The notes beneath the pieces are model-generated. The model saw only the letters and a program-made list of their open reading frames with translations, was not told the DNA's origin and searched no databases. From the human T2T-CHM13v2.0 reference genome, Homo sapiens, in NCBI RefSeq assembly GCF_009914755.1, contig NC_060938.1: a DNA stretch of 64,000 bases; one strand, written 5' to 3'. Both the position numbers and the translations under genes were made by a program. Below, piece after piece: positions 1-13,393 of the stretch (position 1 is its first letter; the number at the start of each line of letters is the position of its first letter).

Positions 1-1190
1 TAATGACTCAAGTCAATAAAATCAAAAGTAAAAGAGGAGACATTACAAATGATACCACAAAAATACAAAGTCTTATAAGAAAATACTATGAACAATTTTA
101 TGCCAACAAATTGGATAACCTAGGAGAAATGGGTAAATTCCTAAAAACCTACAACTTACCAAGACTGAGTCACAAAGAAACAGAAAATCCAAACAAACCA
201 ATAATGAGTAAGGTGATTGAATCAGTAATCAAAGACCTCCCAACAAAGAAAAGCCCAGAACCTGATTACTTCACAGGTAAAATCTACCAAACATGTAAAG
301 AAAAGCTAATGCCAATCCTTCTCAAGCTCTTCCAAAAAACTGAAGATAAGAGAACATGTCCAACCTCATCCTATGAGGCCAGCAGTACCATGAGACCAAA
401 GACACTACTAAAAAAGATAATTACAAGCCAATATCCCCGATGAACACAGATGTAAAAATCCTCTGCAAAATACTAGCAAACCAAATTCAGTAGCACATTA
501 AAAGAATCATTACACCAATCATTACACCATGATCACTTAGTATTTATCCCCAGAATACAAAGCTGCAAATCAATAAGTGTAACATACCATATTAACAGAA
601 TAAAGAATAAAAATCATATGGTCTTCTCCATAGATGCAGAAAAAGCATTTAATATAATTCAACATCTTTTCATGATAAAAAGAGAAACTTCCAATAAATT
701 AGACATAGAATGAGTTTATTTTAGCATAATAAAGGCCATATACAACAAGCCAACAGCTAACATAGTACTCAACAGTAAAAATCTAAAAGCTTTTTCCCTA
801 AGATCAGAAAAAGCCACGGATGCCCAGTATGAACACTTCCATTCAACGTAGTACTGAAGGTCCTGGCCAAAGCAAGTATGCAAGAAAAAGAAATAAAAGG
901 CATCTAGATGAGGAAGGAAGAAGTCAAATTGTCCCTGTTTTCAGATGACATGATCTTATATACAGAAAGCCCTAAAGAGGCCCCTAAAAAAAACTGTTAG
1001 AAGTAATAAACAAATTCAGTAAAGTTGCAGAAATCAAAATTAAACATACAAGAATCAGCAGCATTTCTATACATAACAACTCAAAAAAAAAAAGTCCTGT
1101 TCACTATAGCACCCAAAAAATACGAAGAAATAAATTTACCTAAGGTGATGAAAGATTTGTACTCTGAAAATAAAAAAAATTAAAGAAAGA
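1..1190 (+). mobile_element. L1M (old LINE-1) ORF2 fragment
   Basis: ORF 3-443 is degenerate L1 ORF2 ([26 protein letters not shown]); RT-region DNA follows, with stops and frameshifts. Confidence 0.9.
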
Positions 1191-1269
1191 GGAAGTCAAC
1201 AATGTAAAATCTTGGTAAAAGAAAATAGCCAGTGGAAAAAAAAATCAAGATATACAGAGAAAGCCACAT

Positions 1270-1650
1270 AACGTAGGCACTATAGACCATGGTAAAGAAT
1301 TTGGAACGAAAGAAACCCAGGTAGGATTTTTAAACCTGGAGGAATAATTAAACATAATGACAATTTAAAAAAATAATTTGCCTGCAGTGAGAAGCACAGA
1401 TAAAGGCAGGTATGGGAGCAGAGGGACCAACTTCATTGGATGCCACTGCAGTAAACCCACTGAGAAGAGATGGTAGCTTGAAAAGTAGTATTAGAAGTAG
1501 ATGGAATTGAGCAAGATTTCAGAAATTAAAGGGACAGGATTTTGTAATGGATTGGAAGTATGGTGTAAAGAAATGGATCTAGATGAATCCTTGGTGACCA
1601 GCTTAACGTGCTGGATGGAATATGATGCCATTTCCTGAGACAGTGAAGAC
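1270..1650 (-). mobile_element. L2 LINE fragment
   Basis: Purine-rich reverse-L2 motifs (gagaagagatggtagcttg, ggatggaatatgatgccatttcctgag). Confidence 0.55.
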
Positions 1651-3795
1651 CAAAGTAAGTAAAAACAACCCTAAATGAAGGTTGTGGACCTTAACCTAAA
1701 GACATATATTTATAGCTTTTGAGTGATGACATAATTCCTAATAATAAGAATTATTTTAAAGAAAGTATATTTTAGAACTTCTTTATTTTTTCTTTCTCTG
1801 AGACCTAAGGGAAAAATATTAGAAATGTAATCCAATACTAAAAAATTCGTATTTACCAGAATACCATTATCAACTAAGTTTAAGACTAGAATACCAAAAA
1901 TTCCTAAATCTCCATATTTGGTTATAAAAATAGCAAAATAACAAGAATAAAAATTAGAATGGCTTTTAAGATTAGTATTTAATGAAAGGTCAAACAAAAG
2001 AAAAAGCATTCTGTTTAAAAGATGGTATTCTCGCTTTTCAATATGTTGATTCCTCAGATCTTTAACAATACCTGGTGCTTCAAAGTCCACTTAAATAAAT
2101 ATGTTATATATCCTGCTGCTGTGATCTATGCAATAATCCTGTTATTCTAAATGCAGTATTGACAGAATTCTTATAAACTCTATTAATGGTCAACCCTTCC
2201 AGAAACAGCTGGATCCATGTTTACATTTTTATTTTTAATAGTGATCCTCCTATAGAAAACTAAAATAGAATTGACTTTTTCCTCCAAAAATAATCAAATA
2301 ACATGCAGTCATATCACACTCAGCTCAATAAAATCTAGACAACTAATAAACTGAAATTTCCCATATGGTATAAGGCCTATGCAATATTGATTACGTATCA
2401 CCACAATTAAGTGTTAATAGAAAATATTTTCCATGACATCATACTATAAACAATAACTCTTCCCTTCCAATGGACAATTTGACATTAGCAAAAAATATTT
2501 ATGATTCACAAAAGATTAACACATCAAATACTGACATATATGACAGCAACCACAACTTTTTGTCTCTCAAAGAAAAATGTGTTCCATAAGCTTTCAAGAT
2601 ATATTTTAGTCACTGAGAAAATGCATGATAAACAACTGTAGCCTCAGAATAATACACAATAAACGTGATTAAGAGGGCTTACCAGTAGAAAGTGAAATTG
2701 GCAAGAAATAGGGGCAGCATTTATTTTCACTTTATGTATGTACAATATTTAAGTTTGCCACAGTGAAGGTGCATCATTTTGGTAATTTTATTTTAAACTT
2801 AAATCTGAAGCAGGGGAAACAGCTGCAGTCTCTGAGAAGCTTAACACTCAAATAATGAAACCATCTTCTCTGACAGCAGGTTATGAATTCACAAATACAA
2901 CACAATACATCGACCAGTTATAAAACATAAATGTTGACTTCAATTGGAATGAGTCACAAAGTCTATATTAAGCCCTGGAAACAAACATCATGTGGCCTTC
3001 AGAAGACCTTCTTAATTCCAACAATGTTATTATTAAGTTTCACTTTGGACATTTTTTTCTTAATCAGGACTATACACACCCATAAGAAATTTGAGATGCC
3101 CTTCGTGCAATTATGAGACAATCTTACTTTGACAGCAAATTACACAAAGCACAAAACAAGGTGTAACATCACAACTTGATGTAAGGAACTGGCACATGAA
3201 CAATTCAACTGAGTGTACAATTATGTGGGCACAATTTTCTGGGTTTAGACAATATAAAAGGCTGTGTCCTCATGAGCTGGGCAGAGGGGATAGCTGGGTA
3301 AACTAGCATGTTTTATACAGCAATTACACCAATGAGCTGGGCACCAGTGAGGAGTGACATCCAGTTGCACTTTATGTGATATGGAGTCATTCTTGATGCA
3401 TGGCAATAATTATGTGAAAGAGTTTGAGCTCTCTCTGAATTCAGCTAACTGCTAACTTTTTACTCAGTGGCTACATTTTAAATACAAAGTAAAACTGTAG
3501 ACTATATATAGATAATACTTACTAGTTTTATTTGCTATGTGAAAGAAATCCAAATAAAATGATAACTGTTTATTATGGGTTCTCTTGTCACGTGGTGAAA
3601 GGTGAAACAATAAATGTAATGTGCACTATGCAAATTAGTACTATTAAACCCCAAATTGAAACCATCCTAACTATCTAATAGTTTCAAAAAACAGCATGAC
3701 AGTACAGCTGGATATGACCATGGCTCACTCAGCTTTACAGGGACCTCAGTAGAATATTAAGGATATCTGAATTTAGATCAAATCCTGTTTAGAAG

Positions 3796-4203
3796 TAATA
3801 TAATTTGGTGGTGTCCCCACCCAGATCTCATCTTGAATTGTAACTCCCACAATTCCCACGTGTCATGGGAGAAACCCAGTGGCAGGTGATTGAATTATGG
3901 GGGCGGGTCTTTCCTGCACTATTCCCGTGATATTTTTAACATCACGAATATTTTAAATAAAATATTTTAAATAAAATAAGAATATTTTAAATAAAATTGT
4001 TTTAGAAACGGGAGTTTCCCTGCACAAGCTCTCTCTTTTTGCCTGCTGTCATCCATGTAAGACCTGGCTTTCTCCTCCTTGCCTTTCGTCATGATTGTGA
4101 GGCCTCCCCAGCCATGTGGAACTGTAAGTCCATTAAACCTCTTTCTTTTGTAAATTGCCCAGTTCGTATGTCTTTATCAGCAGCATAAAAATAAACTAAT
4201 ACA
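3796..4203 (+). mobile_element. THE1B/C-type MaLR solo LTR
   Basis: gtgtccccacccagatctcatcttgaattg...attaaacctctttc...actaataca; 5-bp TSD agaag/acaag. Confidence 0.9.
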
Positions 4204-4301
4204 ACAAGCATGTTCACAAGATGTATATCTATATAGCAAGTGAAAGAAGCCTCAGGCAACAGTTGAAAAACTTAGTCAAATCTTGTGCATTAGAAAACAT
4301 A

Positions 4302-4620
4302 CCCTGGGTGCAGTGGGGTGGCTCACACCTGTAATCCCAGCACTTTGGGAGGCTGAGGCAGGCTGACCATCTGAGGTCAGGAGTTTGAGACCAGCCTGGC
4401 CAACATCGCGAAACCCTGTCTCTATTAAAAATACAAAAATTAGCCAAGTGTCATGGCGTACAACTGTAATCCCAGTTACTCAGGAGGCTGACGCAGGAGA
4501 ATCACTTGAATCCAGGAGGTGGAGGTTGCAGCGAGCTGAGATCACACCACTGCACCCCAGCCTGGGTGACAGAGTGAGACTCTGTCTCTGTCTCCAAAAA
4601 AAAAAAGAAAGAAAGGAAAG
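4302..4620 (+). mobile_element. AluS
   Basis: Full Alu dimer with A-rich tail; aaacata flanks both sides. Confidence 0.95.
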
Positions 4621-4715
4621 AGCAAACATAGTAATGACATCGGATATACAAAAAAGATTAAAGGAGTTTCACTTCCAGAAATAACAGACTAGATAATTCA
4701 GTTGAAAGTAACTAG

Positions 4716-5042
<327 letters not shown>

Positions 5043-5855
5043 AAATATAACTGTTTTTTAAAACACTGGGAAGTTAAAAAGTAATAAGGAAATATAAGAA
5101 TAACATGCAGAAGAAAGAAAACCGGAGAGAATGGTCTATCCTTTAGAACGACTTTTTCCCCTGAAATATCAGCTCATTTCAGAAAAGGCAGCTGAGACAC
5201 TGAGAAGCTGAACAAAGTTTTTACCAGATTCTTAAAGTTAAATGAGAAAAAGTGTTGAGCTGAGAGACTTGCAAGTAATGGGTCCCTGATTAATCACTCT
5301 CTTAGCCTTTGGACTGGAATCCTGAAGGGCTATACGCAAGTAGTAAGGGTGAACCAGAAATACTTAAGACCCAGTACCAAAGTTTATTAAGTATCTCAAC
5401 AACAAGTAATAAGATAATCCAAGATTGCTACTGACCCTAGTCTATAACAAAAAATAAATGTCTATATTCTCATACGTAATAATGTCCTAAGCCTCAAATT
5501 ATCTATTCAAATTTTGTTGGCAGAAAATAAAATACGATTTCTGTCATCAAACAAAAATAACTAAAGAATCAAAACTAAACAGTAGGACAAAACAATGTGA
5601 TCAAAGTCCAAGAAAAGCAAAGGATAATAGACAATCGAAACAGACACATTGAAGATCTAGATAATGAAGCTATGAGACACAGATAAACAGATTGATGATT
5701 TTGGAAAACAATTACAAAGTTAAAAACAATCAAATGAAAATTCTAGTACTGAAACTTGCAATGACTTAAAATGAAAATCAGTGAGTGGGTTTAATAGGCT
5801 TGCCTCAGTTGAAGAGAGATTAAGTTACTAAATAAAAAGAAATAAAAATTTCCTT

Positions 5856-6122
5856 TCTAAAGGAAATTCTAGATGGGATACTTTCAGGTATATGCACACT
5901 CGCCCTAAAGGGAATTTTAAAATATGTTCTTAAGGTAGATGTGCAATCTGAAAAATGCAGGAAGGACTGAAGAACAAAAGACAGTAAATCTAAGGGTAAA
6001 CCTAAATAAACCATTATTGCATAAAATAATAGTAATGTCTTCTAAGGCTCAATTAAATACAAAATTAAATAACAAAATAGCATAAAAGTGAAAAGCGGGG
6101 TTTATGGAGTTGAGGTGCTATA
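5856..6122 (+). repeat. 267-bp dispersed direct repeat, copy 1 (copy 2 at 6930-7196)
   Basis: Ungapped manual alignment, about 11 mismatches in 267 bp. Confidence 0.95.
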
Positions 6123-6440
6123 TAGAAGAAAATATTCAAAAGAAAGAAAGAAGAAAGAATTAAAACTGACAGAAATGAGCATAAGAGACAAAGGGGATGA
6201 AGTCAAAAGTTCAAGATTATATGAAATCTGAAGTCCTAAAAGAAGAGACAAAGAATAAAAGTAATTTTTGAAGAGGTAATGGTACTATAAGCAGCAAGCA
6301 ACAAGTCAAAACACACACACACACATGCACACACAACTAAGCTTATCACAGTAAAACTATAAATAAAAACAAAGACAAAGAAGAAAAACCCAAAAGCAAT
6401 TAGAGAAAAAAATCTATTACACCTTAAAAAAAAAGCATCA

Positions 6441-6793
<353 letters not shown>

Positions 6794-6929
6794 TTAAATT
6801 TCTTTAAAATACAGAATAGAGGGAAAAATGGCCCATCTAGAATTTTATATCCAGTGAAAATTTTTCAACATAGAAAGTGAAAGAAATTTTCAGACACATA
6901 CAGAGAAGATTTTTCACCAAAGCACACGC

Positions 6930-7196
6930 TCTAAAGGAAATTCTAGACGGGATACTTTCAGGCATATGCACACTCACCCTAAAGGAAATCTTAAAATATG
7001 TTCTTAAGGTAGATGTGCAATCTGAAAAATGCAGAAAGGACTGAAGAACAAAAAACAGTAAATCTAAGGGTAAACCTAAATAAACCTTTATTGCATAAAA
7101 TAATAGTCATGCCTTCTAAGGCTCAATTAAATACAAAATTAAATAACAAAATAACATAAAAGTGAAAAGCGGGGTTTATGGAGTTGAGGTGCTATA
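6930..7196 (+). repeat. 267-bp dispersed direct repeat, copy 2
   Basis: Aligns to 5856-6122. Confidence 0.95.
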
Positions 7197-10100
7197 AGAT
7201 CTTTGCATTTTCTGGAAAGAGCTAAAAGAATTAATTTATATTAGTTTTGATATTTTAAAGACATATGTTGTAATCCCTAGGTTAACAAAGGAATAAAAAG
7301 ATATAATTAGAAAGCTAATAGACGTGGAATACAGAAAAATGAAAACTAATAAAAACGAAAAAAAACACACACAAAAAATGGAAATATAGTAAGTGGGTCC
7401 AAGAGAAAGCAAATAGTAAGATGGTAGATTTAAATAAATGAAATCAACATTTACATTAAATGTAATACAGCAAATCCTCCAAATCAAAACAGTGTTACAC
7501 TGACCTTTAAAAAAATATTTAATGATACCCTATAAAATAGCATGAAAGGTATCAAATTCAAGAAATAAGTTGTAAAAAAAATGTATAAGATATAAAACTT
7601 CTTTGAGTGACATCAGCAAGCTGGCCAACTAAAAGCTCCTAGCACTTTTCTCCACCACAAGAAAAGGCACACACACAAAAAACACATTTTGAACCAAAAT
7701 AACTACAGGAGAGCAATGAGAACAGCAAGGTAGCCACAGAAATTCTATAGGGCACAAAAAGCCAGAATGGCTGCACAGGGAAGGAAAGGAATCACCTTGC
7801 CTCCACCATCTCATCCCCCCAGTTGGGGTCAGCCCTACCCACCTAGGGACAAGCTACTTCAGTCACTGCATATCCCCATCTCAGTCACTGCTATATCCTC
7901 CCCTTAAGACCAAGCTGAAGGGATGCCCCACTCCCAGGAACCCAGAGCCTTGAAGTGCTAGAACAGTCTCACAACACTTGCCACAGACAAGACAATACCC
8001 ACCCCCCACCGCAGGTACCTCAGGCCTCTGGCCTACTGGAGAATTTATGCCTCTGGAGCCAGAGCAGATGTGGCACCCTACCACCTGGGTACCTCAGACC
8101 TCCTACATACCAGAGAAGTGGCACCCCGCATGGCACAGCCGAGGTAGTGCTCTGTCACACAGGGACCTCTGGCCTCCTACACACCAGAGAAGTCTCCTTC
8201 AACACCATGCCATTGGTGAGGCAGCAGCCCCTCCCCCAGCAGGGACCCTGGTCCTCCAGCATATTAGAGCAGCTGCACCTTCCAGCACACAGGTGACATG
8301 ACACCATATACCCAGGAATCCAGAGGCTCTACTGACTCACGTAGCTGCACTTTTAGCAGTGCCTCACATCCCAGGGAATAAGAGCCATGGCTGAGCTGTG
8401 CCACTCCACCCTCCATGCCCAAGAACCAGAAAACACCCCATCTACCTGAAACTAGATTAGCCCTCTACTGTCTAAGCTACTCAGGCACCTCACCTCTTCA
8501 AGGAATGGAGTCATCTCTGTGCTTCTCTCCACCACTTGAGATCCAAGCCACAGTGGTATATTGCCATTCCTCAGTCCTTGCTGCTGTTGCACCTGGCCTC
8601 TTAAAACTTAGGTTACTACCATATCCCACCATCTTAGAGTACAGAGTCACCACTGCATGGTTCCTCATAACCTGGAGTCCAGCCTTCTACTGTGCCCTGT
8701 TGGTTCTAGGTCCCAAATTGCAGTTGTGCCCAACCCCAGGGCCTGAGCCTCTGGAGCACCCCTTCCTCGTTGGAGCCATACAAGTGTGGTGCCTGCTCCC
8801 ATGGGTAAGAACCACAGCTGCTTCCCAACCCCCTGGGCCTGAGCTACCAGGTTGTCCCTTAGAGCAACAAACCTTAGCTTACTGGAAGAACTGCATCCAC
8901 TCATGCCTTGGAGAGTGATTCTGTGCCTCAAGTCCCAGGTGCTACAAGTTTCAGAAGACAATGTGTGCAAGAGTCTGACCTCACGACCACTCTGAGCATC
9001 TGTGCTATGGATCCCAGTGCCACTGTAGCTGCCTGTGAACCACGTCAGATCCAACTTCAAGAGAGATCCTCTCAGCTAAGAATCCCCACTCTAAGGAAGA
9101 CAAAAACAGGAGAATCCCTAAAATCCTTGCTCTAATAACCTACACAGTCACTGTCACTACCACAAATTCCTTCAGCCTAGACCACTGAGGCTCTGCAGTT
9201 ATCACTAACATTGATCACAACTGAAAAAACTTCACAGAGACTACAACACTGCACTAACAAAGAAGCAGAGCCACCACACTCTGCCATGCCAGGACCCTCA
9301 GGCCCATCTGCAGCTAAATGTTTTCCCTTATAAAAGCCACTCTGTGAAGTTTGGAAGGAGTGACCGTACCACCAGATAGGCAGAAATTAACACAGGGACA
9401 CACAAAAAAATGATAAAGCAAGGAAATATGACACCACCAAAGGACCACAATAATTATACAGTAATTGATCCCAAAGAAACAAAAATTTATAAATTGCCCC
9501 AAAGGAATTTCAAAATAATACTCTAAAAACTCCAATGAGATGCAAGAAAATACAAATAGACAATTCAGTAAAAACAGGAAAACAACTCATGATCTGAATG
9601 AGAAATTCAGCAAAGAGATACATGTCATTAAAAAAAGAACCAATCATAAATCTTGGAGCTGAAGAATTCAATCAATGAGACAAGAATAAAATTGAGAGCT
9701 GCAACAGCAGACTAGATCAAACAGAAGAGACAGTTTGTGAATTTGAAGATGAGTATTTTGAAATGACTCAACCAGAGGGGAAAAAAGAACGAAAAAGAGT
9801 AAAGACTTATAAAAAACCATCAAGCAAACAAATGTTCACATTATGGGAATTTCATAAAGAGAAAAGACAAAGAAAACAATGTTTACTTAATGAAATAATT
9901 GCTGAAAACCCCCCAAGTCTTGGAAAAGATACAGATATCCAGATCTACAAAGCTCAAATGTTCCCAAACAGATTCAACTCAAAGAGATCCTCTTCAAGTC
10001 ATATTCTAATCACGCTGTCAAAAATCAAAGACAATTAAGAGTAGTAAGAATATCAAAATTTCTTACACTCTTCCAAAAAATGGAGCTAGAATAACTACAT

Positions 10101-10743
10101 CAAAACACATTTTATGAAGGATTATCACTTTGAAACCTAAGCCAGATAAAGACATCACAAGAGAAGAAAGCTATGACAATCTTTCTGATGAACACTGATG
10201 GAAATCTTCAATAAAATATTTGCAAACCAAAGCCAACAACACATCAAAAAAATTATACAACATGACCAGATAAGATTTATTCCTGGCATGCAAGGCTGAT
10301 TAAACATATGCAAATTGATGTCATACATCATATTAACAGGACAAAAGATAAAAACCACATTATAATCTCAACTGATAAGAAAAAAAAAAGCATTTATCGA
10401 AGTCCAACATACTTTCTTGATAAAAACTGTCAACAGTTTAGGCATATAAGGAAAGTTCCTCAACATAATAAAAGCCATTTATGAAAAGCCCATGGTGGAC
10501 ATTATAAAAATGAAGAAAAACTGAAAGCTTTTCCATTACAATCCAGAACAAGGCAAGGATGCCCCCTCCTTCTATTCAACATACTACTAAAAGTAACAGC
10601 AAGAACAATCAGACAAAAAAAGAAATAAAATGCATCCAATTTGAAAAGAAGTAAAGTTATCTCTATTTGCAGAGGAAATGGTCCTACACATCAAAAACCC
10701 CAAAGATTCCACACAAAAAAACTATTAAAAATAATAAGGTTCA

Positions 10744-11078
<335 letters not shown>

Positions 11079-12175
11079 TTATACACAATTATGTAACTGA
11101 AAAAGAAATCAGGAAAACAGTTCCATTTATGATAGCATTAAAAAAAAAACTGAAGCAAGAATAAACCAAACCCAAAATGAGTAGAAAAAATAATAAAGAT
11201 CAGAGTAGAAATAAATGAAATTGAAATTAAGAAAATACAAAAGACCAATGAAATGAAAAGTTGGTTTTTTGAAAAGATAAATAAAATTGACAAACCTTTA
11301 GTCAAACTAAGAAAAAAATAGAGAAGATCCAAATAAATAAAATCAGAGGTGAAAATGGAGACATTACAACTGCTACTGCAGAAATTCAAAGGATCATTAG
11401 TGGCTACTATGAGTAACTATATGCCAATATATTGGAAAATCTAAAACACATCTAGAAGAAAACTCCTAGACAGACACAACCTACAAAGATTGAACCATGA
11501 GAAAATCCAAAAGCTAAACAGACCAATAACAAGTAAAGAGATAAAAGACGTAACATGTCTTCTAGCAAAGAAAACCCTGAAACCCAATGGCTTCATTATT
11601 GAATTCTAGCAAACATTTAAAGAACTAATACTTACTTACCCTATTCAACCTATTCAAAAAAATAGAGTAAGAAGAGTAATAGAGTAATATTGGCCATTTT
11701 ACAAGAGCAGTATTATCTTAATACCAAAACCAGATAAAGACACATCAAGAAAGGAAACTACAAGCCAATATCCTTGATGAATACTGATGCAAAAACCCTC
11801 AACAAAATACTAGCAAGATGAATTCAATAACACATTGAAAAAAGGTCATCAATACCAAGTGGGATTTAGCCCAGAAATGCAAGGATGGCTTAACACATGC
11901 AAATTAATCAATGAGATACATCATATAAACAGAATGCAGGACAAAACTATATAAAAACCTTCAAAAAACTGAGTAACCAAGGAATATACCTCAACATAAG
12001 AAAAGCCATATACAACAGACTCACAGCAACTATCATCCCAAATGAGGAAACACTGAAAGCCTTTCCTCTAAGATCTGGAACAAGACAAGAATGCCCACTT
12101 TCACCACCGTTACTCAACATAGCACTAGAAGTCCTAGCTAGAATAATAAGACAAGATAAAGAAAGGGCATCCAAA

Positions 12176-13393
12176 CAAGCACAGGCAATCAGAGCAAAAA
12201 TGAACAAATGGTATCACATCAAGTTAAAAAGCTTCTGTACAGCAAAGGAAACAATCAACAAAATGAAGAGACAACCCACAGAATGACAAAAAATATTCAT
12301 CTGACAATAAATTAATAATCAGAATATATAAGAAGATCAAACAACTCTATCAGAAAAAAAAATCTCATAATCCAATTTAAAATGGGAAAAATAGCTCAAT
12401 AGACATTTCTCAAAAGAAGGCATACAAATGGCAAGCAGGCATACAAAAAGGTCATCACTGATCATCAGAGAAATACAAATCAAAACTACAAGGAGATATC
12501 ATCTTACCCCAGTTAAAATGATTTATATCCAAAAGACAGACAATAACAAATGCTGGTGAGGGTATGGAAAAAAAGAGAACCCTCCTACACTGTTCGTGGG
12601 AATGTAAATTAGTACAAGTACTATGGAGAATGGTATGAAGGGTCCTCAAAAAACTAAAAACAGAGCTACCACATGATCCAGCAATTCCACTGCTAGGTAT
12701 AAACCCAAAACAAAGGTAATCAGTGTATCAGACATCTGCATTCCCATGTTTGTTGCAGCACTATTCACAATAGCCAAAATTTGGAAGTAATCTAAGTGTC
12801 CATCAACAGATGAATGGATAAAGAAAATGTACTTATACACAACGGAGTACTATTCAGCCATAAAAACAATGGGATTCTGTCATTTCCAACAACATGGATG
12901 GAACTGGAGGTCAAATTAGCCAACACAGAGAGGCAAACATCACATGTTCTCACTTATTTGTGGGATCTAAAAATAAAAACAATTGATCTCATGGAGATAA
13001 AGAGTACAAGGATGGTTACCAGAGGCTGAAAGGGTAGTGGGAGGATGGGTAAGAGGAAGGGAAGTTTAATGGGTATAAAAAAATACAGTGAATAAGACCT
13101 GGTGTTTGATAGCACAAAAAGGTGACTAAGGTCAATAAGAATTTAATTGTACATTTTAAAATAACTAAAAGAGTATAATTGGATTGTTTGTAACACTAAG
13201 GATAAACACTTGAGGTAATGGATACTCCATTTACTCTGATGTGATTATTACACATTGCATGCCTATATCAAAACATCTCATGTACCTGTAAGTATATACA
13301 TGCCTACTACCTACCCGCAAAATTTTAAATAAAAAATTTTTTAAAATAAAATAGAATAAAGGCTGAATCTTTGAGAGTGGGAAAAAACAAAAT
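12176..13393 (+). mobile_element. 5'-truncated L1MA 3' end (about 1.2 kb) with a 21-nt extra tag and a second A tail
   Basis: Perfect TSD aaagggcatccaaa at 12162-12175 and 13394-13407. Confidence 0.85.

Noticed and set aside
1710-2090. 126-aa minus-strand ORF
   Set aside because: AT-rich, F/L/I/N-biased, lacks an ATG at the called start and has no recognisable domain; likely a chance ORF.
3090-3480. Segment with a TATAAAAG and repeated caatta/atgagctggg motifs as a promoter or ancient repeat
   Set aside because: I could not assign a family or boundaries, and the motifs are too short to support a call without a Dfam or conservation search.
7881-9135. Cluster of GC-rich ORFs as a novel gene or CpG-island promoter
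   Set aside because: It lies in the 5'UTR of an old L1 upstream of an ORF1 relic, is CpG-poor, and shows no recognisable protein.
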